Shown here in pieces: positions 14,470-25,917 of a stretch of DNA of 64,000 nt. The stretch spans positions 92,382,001-92,446,000 of the forward strand of contig NC_087436.1 of assembly GCF_036321535.1 (NCBI RefSeq), in the 5' to 3' direction. A program made the translations under genes and the position numbers. The first letter of the stretch is position 1. Each line of letters opens with the position of its first letter. The stretch comes from Camelus dromedarius. Taxonomy: Eukaryota. The notes below the pieces were generated by a model. That model worked only from the letters and a program-made list of their open reading frames with translations, was not told the DNA's origin and did no database searches.

Positions 14470-14620
14470 GGCTTTGCAGACAGATGTGGGTTTGAGTCTA
14501 AGCTCTTCCTCTGTGATCTTGGGCGAATAACTTAGAATCTAAGACTTACTTTCATCCTCTGTAAATTGTGGTTTATAACCAACACCTATTCTGTAAGGTC
14601 ATCTGAGGAGTAGTGAGTAC
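14470..14620 (+). mobile_element. MIR SINE fragment
   Basis: gggtttgagtc...tgtgatcttgggcgaataactta...tttcatcctctgtaaa MIR core. Confidence 0.65.
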
Positions 14621-15003
14621 ATACAAGCTAGTTTCTCTAGCTGTGTTGAGGTTTCCTTACACAGGGTAAAGATTTCATTGGGTAAGTTCCTCCTTTTTAT
14701 TTTTATGTCATCAGGAGAGAATCATGGGACAGTGAGATGTCAATTAAGTGGACAGAATGGATAGATTTATCTTTATTAAGCTAAAATATATAGCTGGTAC
14801 AAAAAACATACAAAGCTTCATCTTTTTAAAGGATTGCCCCATCCTTGGCCTCACTCCTAGATAATTTTATACCATTTTGCAAAGATAAGTGGTTCCTGTT
14901 CGCCAATAACATTTTTACTGTATTCTGTGATTAAATACAATGGGTTGTATATTTGTAACTATTTTCAATGCAGATGATTAACCGATTCCCAGTTTTCTTT
15001 CAG

Positions 15004-15077
15004 GTAAATGTTGGAGATATAGTTATAATAAAAGGCAAAGAGTATATACCTGCTGACACTGTACTTCTCTCATCAAG
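15004..15077 (+). CDS. ATP8A1: ATP8A1 mutually exclusive exon 7a (74 nt), VNVGDIVIIKGKEYIPADTVLLSS(S)
   Basis: ttttctttcag acceptor, AAG|gtagag donor; same length and phase (0 to 2) as 7b, paralogous peptide; absent from the ORF track. Confidence 0.92.
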
Positions 15078-18000
15078 GTAGAGATACCTGCTGATGCTCA
15101 AACAGTGTAGAGGATGGTTTCTCTACCCTGCACTGACCTTGTGGCTCCTCCAAGGAAATAAGGAATAAACGAAGAATTTTAAGCCTCTCTAATGATTTTG
15201 AATTAAGCGATAAAAAAATTGATTGGACTTAAAGGACTCTTTCATGTTTGTCATATAGAATAAGTGATAGGTTCTACAATTATAATTCAGAAATTATAAT
15301 TACAGTTAAGAGTCTACCCTCCCTCTGGATATGTCCATATCTACTGGTGTAGACTACTAACTCCTGTAAGATTTCCTATCATTTATTTTATATAATACAT
15401 GGCTTGGGTTCTGTTGATTTTATCTTGCAATCCTTGTTCATGACAAATTTCTTTATGATGCATTTGTATGTCTCTCAGAGTTTCTTGATCTTTATGGTAC
15501 ATCGGTACAAGAAAATGGTTAAATGATTTTTTTTTGTCATCATATCTTTTGGAATGTTACACCTTCCAACAAAAAATTAAAGCACTTTGCTCTTTCTTTT
15601 ACGTTTTTCCCATTACTGAATTCAGGTAATTTTTGTTTTACTCATATTTAAGATAGTCAGGAATTAGTATTCAGAACATATGGGACTGTTACCCTTTAAA
15701 GAATATGGTTTTCAAGTGGCTTTAGATTTAAAAACTGTAAAACTAGTCCTAATAAAAATTAAGAAAAATATTTTTAATATTTTAGAGATTGTTTATCATC
15801 ATTTCCTTGGACAGTTTTATATGTAAAATCCACATTTAAATATGGACAGTGTCCTTTTTTCAAAATCTGTTTAATCAGGTCATTATTTAAAGTGATTGAA
15901 TTGTGACACGTTAGTGAAACTTAGGTAAGCAAATAAATTATTCAGATATTTATAGAAGTAAGCCTACAGGTAGTTCAAGTAACTACAGGTATATTTCTGT
16001 ATTTTATATTTGGGAGCTTTTGTGCCACTTACCTATAGGTTTTTTTTTTTTTTTTTCAGAAAGATTAAAATTAATAGATTTTTAAACCAATCTTTCTGCT
16101 GTTTCCTTTGCTTCTAGCTTTATCAGGGTGAGTCTCTAAAACTGAAGGGTGAAGGCAATGGTCCGTGTGAGAAGGAGTTTGACAGTGAACTTACTATCTC
16201 GTGTCATGTACTAGAGAGAGCTCTTCTTAGGAGGCAAAAGCCAGGATTCTTATCCCGTCTTGGTGATTTTAAAGGAAGTACTTAATCTCTCAGGCCTTGA
16301 CTTCACATCTTTTAAAGTGAGGAAGATGGATTAAATGATCGAACTCTAATGTTCCCCGATTCTCCTTTCTGTTTAAATCCTTAATCTTTCATTTAAGTTT
16401 TAAGAACAATTAACCAACCGAATGATGTGTATTTGGTGGTTTTAAGTAAAAGTTTGATAAATGTAATGAATGTTTGACCATCGGAATGTCAAATAACATA
16501 GTCAAGCATTCCGGCAATTTAAGAAAGTATTAATGTTTTCCTGATTAAACTCATCATAGACGCCGCCATATGCTGAACCATTCATTACAATTTTCATTTT
16601 TTGTTTGCTCAAAAATATGAAGATAATTGACTAGATGGCCCTAATTTATATTTAATTCTCAGTCGAAAGTTTTCAAAATATTCTTCATCTGCCTATATCC
16701 AATCTGGACTCCCAGTGAGCTCTTAAACTTGAGAGTATTTCTACAGGATTTATTTTCTCAGCATGAAAAACATTTACTGCTGGCTGTCAATATTGGTAGA
16801 TCAGAATAGTTTCTATATCTTAATATGGCATCCACCATAATTTACTTCTTTCAAAGATGATTATTTTTTAAAAGATTATCTGATTCACTGATTTTTGTTG
16901 CTGAGAAGAATCAAAGTAAAGTGTAAAGCTTGTGCTGCTAAGTATTTCTATCAAAGTGGCAAAATACCACCTTTCAGGGTTTTTTGGGGTTTTTTTGGTT
17001 TTTTTGTTTTTGGTGGGTTTTTTGTTTTGGTTTGGTTTGGTTTTTGTTTTTTTTTCTCAAAGGGCTTTTGCATTACTTGGCTCTTTTGAATCTACGTCTT
17101 AAGAAGTAGGTAGAAGCTTTTGCCGTCATTGAATAGAAAGAGGAATTTTGACTTTAAGTCTTATTTTTAGTCATTTAGCTTTAGCCAGTGACTAGGCCAA
17201 GGCTAGAATACCTAGCTCCTGATTTAGTATTCTTCATTATACTACACTGTCCGCTGTCAAAATAAGGACATGGTGATTTTCACCGACAGGGTTGCACCAC
17301 TTAGCAAAAAAGCATAAACAACAGTTTATAATATTTTAATTTCTAAATATTCTTAAATTATTAATTGCTAATAGTACATCTTCTTTCAGGTAGTTTGAAA
17401 TTAAAGCATGAACATAGTTCACAGTTATTATGTTTAATCGATTTTCATATTGAAATGAAAAACTGAAATTTTAGAAAAATAACAAAAAGCACATATATGG
17501 GTTTAGAAAGTTTAAATACAGTAAAATAACTCAAGCTATTCATTCAATTTCAGACAGGTTCTTGACATATCTATTTCATACTTCCCCTGAAAAATTTCTC
17601 CTGAATTCAAAGGCTTACTCCCCAAAAAACAATGCATTATCAACACTTTATTATTAAAATAATTCAAAAAGAGGTCATAATGACTTCTAACTTCCCACAA
17701 CCCATGTCATTGCAGCTTTACGTTAAAGTTGACATTTATGCAATTAACTCTGAAAATGTTTTGGAATCAGGAAATTTTAACAAAGTTTTTTTGTAGTATG
17801 TTGTGTAGGGGAAGAAATAGTGTAGTATACTTTGTTTTTCAAAAGCCTCAAAAGCCTGAAAAGTAGTTTCCACCATTATTTCTTTTCCTCTTGGGTAGGA
17901 GTGGACATGTAGTAGGTGACAGTTTCAAACAGGAGAGTGAGGATTTGGAGAAAGAAAAATCTATAAGATGAAGTAGCTCTCTCTATAAAAATATGTTTTT

Positions 18001-18292
18001 ATTTAATTTGCTAAGATATGCGTGTAAGTAAAATTTCAGAAATGAAAAGTTTCTGCCTTAAAAATTGAAAATTGGGCTTAAAAGCAAATAAGTGATTCTT
18101 AATTATTCCATTTTCTTGTGCCTTTAGACCTGATCAAAATAAGTTTTGAAAAAATTGGCATTAGACATTTTTATTAACATGTGTTATTTTCTATAATAAT
18201 TTCAAACTTTCTGTCTCTTTTGTCCATTTGTTTGTTTTTTTCCTGTTATTCATTTTTTTTCCATTTTAATTATTTTAAACTGGGACCTGTAG

Positions 18293-18366
18293 GTGGCAGT
18301 AGGGGAAATAGTGAAAGTGACCAATGGGGAGCATCTCCCAGCAGATCTCATCAGCCTGTCCTCAAG
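18293..18366 (+). CDS. ATP8A1: ATP8A1 mutually exclusive exon 7b (74 nt), VAVGEIVKVTNGEHLPADLISLSS(S)
   Basis: ctgtag acceptor, AAG|gttaga donor; actuator-domain VGEIV...PAD motif. Confidence 0.95.
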
Positions 18367-20958
18367 GTTAGAACCACTGAGTTGTACAGGATGTGTGTAT
18401 GTGGATCCTCACCCTACACCAGAGAGCAGTTTGCACCCAAAGATGGTTGAGTTCTGGATCTCTTCCTTTAAAACACAAACTTTTTATACTTCTTGGTGAT
18501 GGACGTTTCACAGATGTTTTAAAGCCCTTTTATGTGAATACATTGTTGGACGATGTTCGTCCATCAAGTGGGCAAATTCAGCTCCTATTGCTATTAATAG
18601 GAGTCAGAGTCCATGAGACATGCCAGTAAAGGTAGATTTTAATTTACTATGAAATAATCATTAATATAAATTCATATTTGTTTTTAATATATATTCATAT
18701 TTTGAAACATGCCTAATCACTAAGGCTTAATTTATTACCTCTCCAAAATACTGTTTTCAACAATGTTAAAATTTACATGAAAGACAATTATTGAGCAGAT
18801 TTTACAATTTTAAACATTTGTCTTACATTTGAAATTTTCTATGAGTTCTAGAGAATCCCTTCAGCAGCTATGACTAAAATGTGGGCTTGTATAGGGTTTA
18901 CAGAGGACCCCCTGCACAAAGCTGGATGTTGTACATTTGGTACCGCATGCTTTGGGATCAATTTTTATCCCACTTGTAACTAGTGACAAAGTGCACGTCA
19001 CAGTGATAAATTTCAGCTGTCTACTAGTGTCTGTATTGTGGTATGCATCTTGTTTCGTTTTTCTACCTACTAATCAAAAAGCCTGCTTTGCCCCTCTGTA
19101 GTTTGTGTTTTGGATGTCATCATAATTTGCTGAAATACGTATCTAGCATGATCCTTTAACTGAGACTTGCTGCTTTTTCATAGCATTGTTAAGAACTGCT
19201 TCAGTAACAGTTGTCTTAAGGGATTAAGAATGTTCTGAATTTGGATGTATATTTTATTTGCCCCACTTCAGATAGGAGCCAGCCATTTAACTTTCTAACT
19301 TCCTAGCCATTTAAAATCCTAGAAAAATTGTTTAATGAAAAAAAAAAAGATAGAAATAAAATTAGAATATTCTTTTCATTTTGGTATGAGAATGGCTTTG
19401 GTTATATTGATCACTAGAAATTTAATGCATTTTACTGCCAAAATATGGAATTGACCTTGTTCATTTAGCATTTGTTTGTCATCATACTTCTGTATTATCA
19501 GAAGATGTGTTTTGTAATTTTATAAACTTTTTTTATTTCAATTATATACATAAGTAAATTACAAATTGGGAACAGTTGCCAGGACCAAATTACTATTGTG
19601 ACAGTAATAAAAAATGAAACTTTAATTAATTGCTAGAGTAAAAATACAAATAATGAAAAACTTCACCAGTTGGGAAAAAGTGTCAGCCTTTATAGAAAGA
19701 AAGAAAAAAAAAGCCCATAGAGAAATTGAAGAACTTGCAAAGTTACTTTAAAATGAATCTGTAAAATATTTGATTAACAATCGTGTGTTTCAGTAGTTTC
19801 CACAAATCTTTAGCTCACAACTAAGCTATGTGCTCAGATCTGAAACTCAGAATAGTCTGCTTTACACATGTACAAATTGGAAGCTGATTAGAAAATTCCA
19901 GGTGTTTGTGACTTAGAAATTTCTTTCTTTCTAACTTTGAGTACACCTGCTTATCAGAAATTACACTTATAGTTACTTATATGATATTAATTAATTGGGC
20001 TTTTTATATAAGCAAATGCCAATAAGTTTTATTTAACTTCAGAATGCTTTTCCTTATAGCTGAGGACCAGGTTATACAGTTGGGCTGTCTGTAATTGCTG
20101 AGCAAGTCAAGTCAGCATGTGAAGGAGCAGGTTATATACAGTCAGGTGTGTGTACCTGTGATAACACTGGAGAACACCGGCCCCTGACACCAGCCACTGT
20201 GCATGAAACTTGACTAAAACACTCTGGCAGGGCACCCATAGAGTGGATCTTCAAGGTTTAGGTCAAGGAGTAATAGCCAAGTTGGCTAATTTTAGTTTTA
20301 GCTTTTACTGCCACATGAATCTCTGAAGCAACTTTAATACAACAGAAAAAATAGGGGGAAGAAAGTGTACATCCACTTTCATTGTAAAAAATCTGTTCAT
20401 ACAGCTTTTTAAAGTAGCCTTAAAATTTAAATATAATTGTTCATATGGTCCTTTTCATCTTTTTTAAAGATGCAATATGATACAATCTAAAGATGTAAAT
20501 GCAAGTTTGCAGAAGCAACAATCTGGAATTTTCTAATCAACCACTCTCCTTAATCAATTTACATGTGGGCTATGAGCATGAAATCTCCTTTGATATTTTT
20601 GAGCTAAAGATATATCTAGACACAAAACTGCTTTACATTTCAGATACAGTCTGTGTCGTGTCTGTGTGGATGAACAATTTAAGTATAATGTGACAAAGCT
20701 AATTATTTACATTACCTTGAAGCTCAGTACTGACTGTTGTCAGGAAATTGCTTTGGGGTCCTTCTGGCTGAACAGCTGATCTGTGAGTTGTCATGCATGG
20801 GCTCTGCCTCACAGCATTTTGTGGTTAGAATGAAAGTCATCAAGAAACTAGGCGACTTCGTTTAGAATGAAAGGCTTCAGTGAGTCTGAACATTTAAATA
20901 AGTTATTATGCTTTCCTTCCTCCACTAAGTCTTTGTGCTTTTCAATTTTAAACAACAG

Positions 20959-21028
20959 TGAGCCCCAGGCCATGTGCTACATTGAAACATCCAACTTAGA
21001 TGGGGAAACAAACCTGAAAATTAGGCAG
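20959..21028 (+). CDS. ATP8A1: ATP8A1 exon ~8 (70 nt), [23 protein letters not shown]
   Basis: aacaacag acceptor, CAG|gtaaga donor; DGET actuator motif. Confidence 0.97.
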
Positions 21029-21081
21029 GTAAGATCTAATCTAGGTTTATATAATTATGGCTGTTCTCTATGACAAAGCTT

Positions 21082-21585
21082 TGCGGGGGGAAGAAAACTT
21101 CTCTCTATCCGTCTTAGGTTCTTCTGGTTGGTCTAAGAATTACATTGACATGAGACAGATTAATAGGAAAAAATCAAATTTAATTTCATACATATGAGAA
21201 CTCCACATACATGAGAGGGTCAGAGACCCTACACACACACCTGCGAGGTTCACAGACAGAAAGGTACAAGGAGGTGTGCATGCCATCCTGAGCCAAGGAA
21301 TTGGATAGGGACCCAGGACTTCCAAGGACAGGAAGGTCGTTCACAAGATGGTAAGAAGGAGAGCAGATGTTTGGGAATTCGATATTTGCCCTGCCATATG
21401 GATGGGTCCAGACAGCACTTAAATGTATCCCTAGTCGTAACTCTCTTCTGCAGAAAATCCCTAATTTAAATTCTTCTAGGTAGTTAACAGAGGGGCAGTA
21501 GTTTCTCTTGAACCTGCAGGATCTCCATTGCCTTTTGCTCAAAATAATCCTCAAGCAAAAGTGATACATTTTGAGGAATCTTACA
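21082..21585 (-). mobile_element. Solo LTR of an ERV1-type retrovirus (504 bp)
   Basis: TG...CA ends, 4-bp TSD gctt (21078-21081 and 21586-21589). The minus-strand start tgtaagattcctcaaaatgtatcacttttgcttgaggattattttgagc resembles MER39/MER41-group LTRs; ATTAAA on minus at 21179-21184. Confidence 0.82.
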
Positions 21586-22603
21586 GCTTTATTTCTTAGT
21601 GTTATTGTCTTGGGTTGAGGCAATTCCACCCAACTGCAAATATTTTCTCATTGAGCCACTGTGGAGTGGTTTTACAAACTGGTCTAGTTAAATATTGTGG
21701 AAAACCCAGTTTTACTTGCCTGATTAAATATGGTCCATTTATAGTATTTTTAATATTTTATGTACTAGCCAAACACCCTGATGATATTGGTAGCCCTACA
21801 TGCTTTCACGTGTGTTAGCTTGTTTCCTGTGTTCACCTGGCCACAATTATCTGGCTTTGCCATGTTGAAAAGATGTAGTTTCCATTGCTATTTTAAAAGT
21901 CTCATGATCTTGGGGAATAGGTTAGATTTCTACATTTACTTCTCATACCATCCATAACAGAAAGCAACTATAAGGTTTTTATTTTTTAAGTTTTAAAAGG
22001 GACTTTAAAAAATGTATTCCTTTGGGTTCTAGACAAGTAGTGGAAATGACACATGGGAAGGTTGGATTGTGGTCGAAGTAGGTCGTCATCACAGGCCCTG
22101 AACTCAGACTGCCCCAGGGAGTTGGGGCTGTTCCACTCCAGCCACTTCTAGCTGGAGCTGTCTTGGAGTTTTCCTTCTCCGAGGAATAAAAGAACAAAAA
22201 CCTAACTCCTGTCTTTGGGAATAGGTTCTATTTATTGTGCATTCCCTTTTGGAGATTCAGCAGACAGATTTAGACTGTATAATGCTAAATATTAGTTTTA
22301 TTTTTGGAAGCAAACAGTTCTTTGCAGACCTATTTCAAAATGCCTTTACAGGCTAGTTTATAGTCTCTAAGATATTTTAGGACTGTCACAAAAGATGCCC
22401 TATTCTTATGCTAAAAGCCTATGTTCAAGTGGAGAGGAAGGTATCTCCTCCTTATGATTTGACAGAGTGTTGTACAGTGGAGGATAATTGCTTATCAAAT
22501 AATAGGATCTCTTAGATCTTAAGGTGTGGATGAATTTAGAATTCCCCACTGCCTCCCACACGCAACTTAATCTACTCTTGCTTATTTATAAATTTCTAAA
22601 CAG

Positions 22604-22731
22604 GGCTTACCAGCAACATCTGATATAAAAGACATTGACAGTTTGATGAGAATTTCTGGCAGAATTGAGTGTGAAAGTCCAAACAGACATCTCTATGATT
22701 TTGTTGGAAACATAAGGCTTGACGGACACAG
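22604..22731 (+). CDS. ATP8A1: ATP8A1 exon ~9 (128 nt), GLPATSDIKDIDSLMRISGRIECESPNRHLYDFVGNIRLDGH
   Basis: aaacag acceptor, CAG|gtatgt donor; in frame with neighbouring exons. Confidence 0.96.
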
Positions 22732-23065
22732 GTATGTAAAACTGGTCTTCATAAAACCACAGACGTCACTGTGCGGCACTATGTTGCTGACCTGGGTAGA
22801 CATTTTCTTGTACTCTTAGCTCGATGGCTCAAAACCTCTTTCTTAAGCATTTCTGTATTCTACCCAGAGTTCTTTTGTGAGAATGCTTTTAACCCTGTGC
22901 ACATGGTATAGCTGAAGACTTCCCCAGGGTTCCTGCCAGCCTGTGAGTTGGATATTTTCATGTATAGTCCAGGCTTCAGGCACATTGTTTAGTGGCTTAT
23001 TCTTTGGCCAAAATACTTATCTTATAGGTTTAACTGTCAGTTCCCATGGCCTGAGTCCTTTCCTG

Positions 23066-23290
23066 GGTGGGAGGGGATACACTGGGAGTTCAAGATTTGC
23101 AGATATTAACTAATATATATACAATAGGTGAACAACAATTCACACTGTATAGCACAGGGAACTATAATCAATATCTTGTAGTAACTTCTGAAAAAGATAG
23201 GAAAACAAATATATGTATGTCATGAAGTATTATGCTATACACCAGAAATTGACACAACATTGTAAACTGACTATATTTCAATTTTATATA
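23066..23290 (+). mobile_element. L1 3'UTR fragment (artiodactyl-type)
   Basis: ctgtatagcacagggaactata...caccagaaattgacacaacattgtaaactgactat; homologous to the copies at ~6100-6320, 30611 and 35508. Confidence 0.82.
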
Positions 23291-23294
23291 TATG

Positions 23295-23350
<56 letters not shown>

Positions 23351-23359
23351 CACACACAC
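23285..23359. repeat. Compound (TA)n(CA)n(TA)n(CA)n microsatellite
   Basis: Directly visible; main run of about 20 CA units at ~23298-23338. Confidence 0.97.
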
Positions 23360-25805
23360 AAAAAGAGGAAGTGAGGAAATCATACCAAGGCAGAGCGAGT
23401 GACTAAGTGGGCCAGATGTTGCTTATGGTCAAGTACAATGAAGTCAATTACAATGAGTCTGATTTGGATTTAGCAAGTGGAGATCCTTGATCTCTGTTGG
23501 GACAGGTGGAGCCTAATGAGAGTGAGTCTGGGATAACAGAAGAAGAGTTGAAAAATAGAGAACTTTTTCAAGGAGTTTTGTTACAAAGGGGAGCAAAGAA
23601 ATGGGGCAGAACTTGGCAGGAAACATGGGGTCTGCCCTGCCTCCCTTCTCCTTCTCTACTAGGCGTTTGTAGTGGCCAACTAAACGCAGTTAAATTTACT
23701 AGTTCAAACTACCAGCCTGAGAGATTACCAGTGCTTTCATTATCTGTAATTCCTTTATTACGGTATTTAAATTCTAAAGGACACTTGAATACCCTGCACT
23801 ATCATCCTCATTCAGATCCACCAAAAGTCTTCCTGTAATTTTTGAAGAAATTATATATTGCTCTAAATTTTTCACAGAGTGATCTTTCCATGAACATATG
23901 GTTATAGACTATTGATAGATTTGGCCGTTTATATAAGTAATGTTTCTGTTGTCTGACATATCTAACTGGCCAGCTTCCATTTCTTATCAGTTCCCCCATC
24001 AAACCAACGCCAAGCAAATCCACACAGTGAAGGAGAAGCTTTGTGTGGTGCCAAGGTTTAGGGTACAGATAGAATTTATATAATATGCTTCAATTTATAT
24101 GAAAGGTGGAAACAGATTTTCAGTACCTTTGTGCCTGTAGCACGCTTGACGTTTACAGTAATTATCCAGCGCTCTTGGAGCCCCTTAGTTTGGAATGAGT
24201 CTACTTTCCTTTAAGAATGAGGGTCATTGTCTGATGCCAGAAGCTTTGAAATTCCAACTCTGATGAAAGCTAATAACTAATTCTCATTGAGTCCTTGTAA
24301 TTAAAAAGTCGTATTTTTTGTTTTGAAGAGTTTGTCTCTAATTCCAATCAATCCACACCACTAATGCTGAGGTGACCGTTGCCACATTATACCGCATTGG
24401 ACATATAAGAAATGGTTGGCACATATGTGCCCCAGAGCATAATCCAGCAGCATCCCAAGAACTTCTTGAAAACCTGCTTTAGGCCTGAGGACCCCTCCCA
24501 TCTCTGAAGTGCACCCCAAATCTTGAGACATGTACTAGAGAGGTTCCCTTCTGGATAGGTCAGAAAGGCATGTTGTTGTGCATAAGCAATGAGAGTTATA
24601 GTTGCTGTGTTCTCTTCTTAAATTGGAATATACTAATTCCTAAGGATTTACTCACTTCATGGAAGGCTTCAGGTGCCATCATTGTCCACCCATCTGGATT
24701 GATTTCACCTGAGCTGGTGACATTTGTATTGTTCCTAAAAGAAGGCCACAATCCCAAGCTACTACTGGCCGTGGACACCTACTGGACACCAGCAGTGACA
24801 GCTTCGGTCTTGGTGTGCCTCCTCTGACAAAGATACTGTTTCTGGAGACTTCTTTGTGGGAAATTTCTTCCTTTTCTCTGCAAGTTTTTTAATGAATTTT
24901 TCTTTATACTTGACTTTTTTTATTTTTTTTAAATCAGTGAAATGAAGAAGTAGTACTAGGAATCTCTGAGCCATTAAATTTTGTGTAGTACATTACATTT
25001 TGAGAACCCCGCTGTATTTGGTGATAGCTTGTACCCGTCTGATGGCTCTATGAGAGGTTGTATCAACCCACAACCTACCATAGGGGGCAGCCTTCCAAAA
25101 AACCCACAAAAGACCCAGCTTGACCCTTGAAAAATGTGGTTCAAATTATATGAGTTGGAGCGCCTCCATTTGCTGTCATTTCAGAGGAGTGTATAAGACT
25201 TTTATATGCTTACCATTTACTGGAGATGTACTTGCAGTTCTTGGAAAACTGATTTTCAAATGCAATAAAATGCATGTCCTAGAGATCTTAGTACAGAGAC
25301 TTAATCTCTGGAGGCAGAGAGGGCAATCCAAGTGTTATGATGAGATCTGTGTATTTACCTTACCTCATGTGTTTTTTTGAACGTTTCTTACGCACAAAGC
25401 TAATTTTAATTTAAAGGAAGGTGGAGGAAGGGGAACAGATCCCCTAATCTCACCACTTCCAGACATTTCAGAAACCTAAGTGGGCTTTACTGAATCAGTA
25501 AAGTCTTCAACAGGTTTGAGAATTGGCCCCTGAATTCCCTAACGTTACCTACCATCTCGGATACTGAAGTTGTAGGAAATGGCTGGTTTGGTGCTAGGGA
25601 GGAACAGCTGGCATGCTTCCCTCCAGCTGCCCTTGTGTAAGAAAATTATTCTTATAGGTGGGAAAATTACTTCTTTCCTAAAAATAAAGTAAATGAGAGA
25701 AGGGTTATTTTCATAACAGAACCTTTCTTGGAACTCTATAGTGGCTGTAAAATTCGTAAGCATTTTAGAAAATGTCGTTTCTAATGTCAACATAATCTGT
25801 CATAG

Positions 25806-25917
25806 CACTGTTCCCCTGGGAGCAGATCAGCTGCTTCTTCGAGGCGCTCAGTTGAGGAATACACAGTGGGTTCATGGAATAGTTGTCTACACTGGACATG
25901 ACACCAAGCTGATGCAG
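25806..25917 (+). CDS. ATP8A1: ATP8A1 exon ~10 (112 nt), [37 protein letters not shown]
   Basis: gtcatag acceptor, CAG|gtggga donor; LLRG..LRNT and [10 protein letters not shown]4-ATPase motifs. Confidence 0.97.

Noticed and set aside
21186..21629. 147-aa minus-strand ORF
   Set aside because: Almost entirely inside the solo LTR; no gag, pol or env character
25074..25092. CTCF-like agggggcag motif
   Set aside because: The 5' half does not fit the CCASYAGRKGGC consensus
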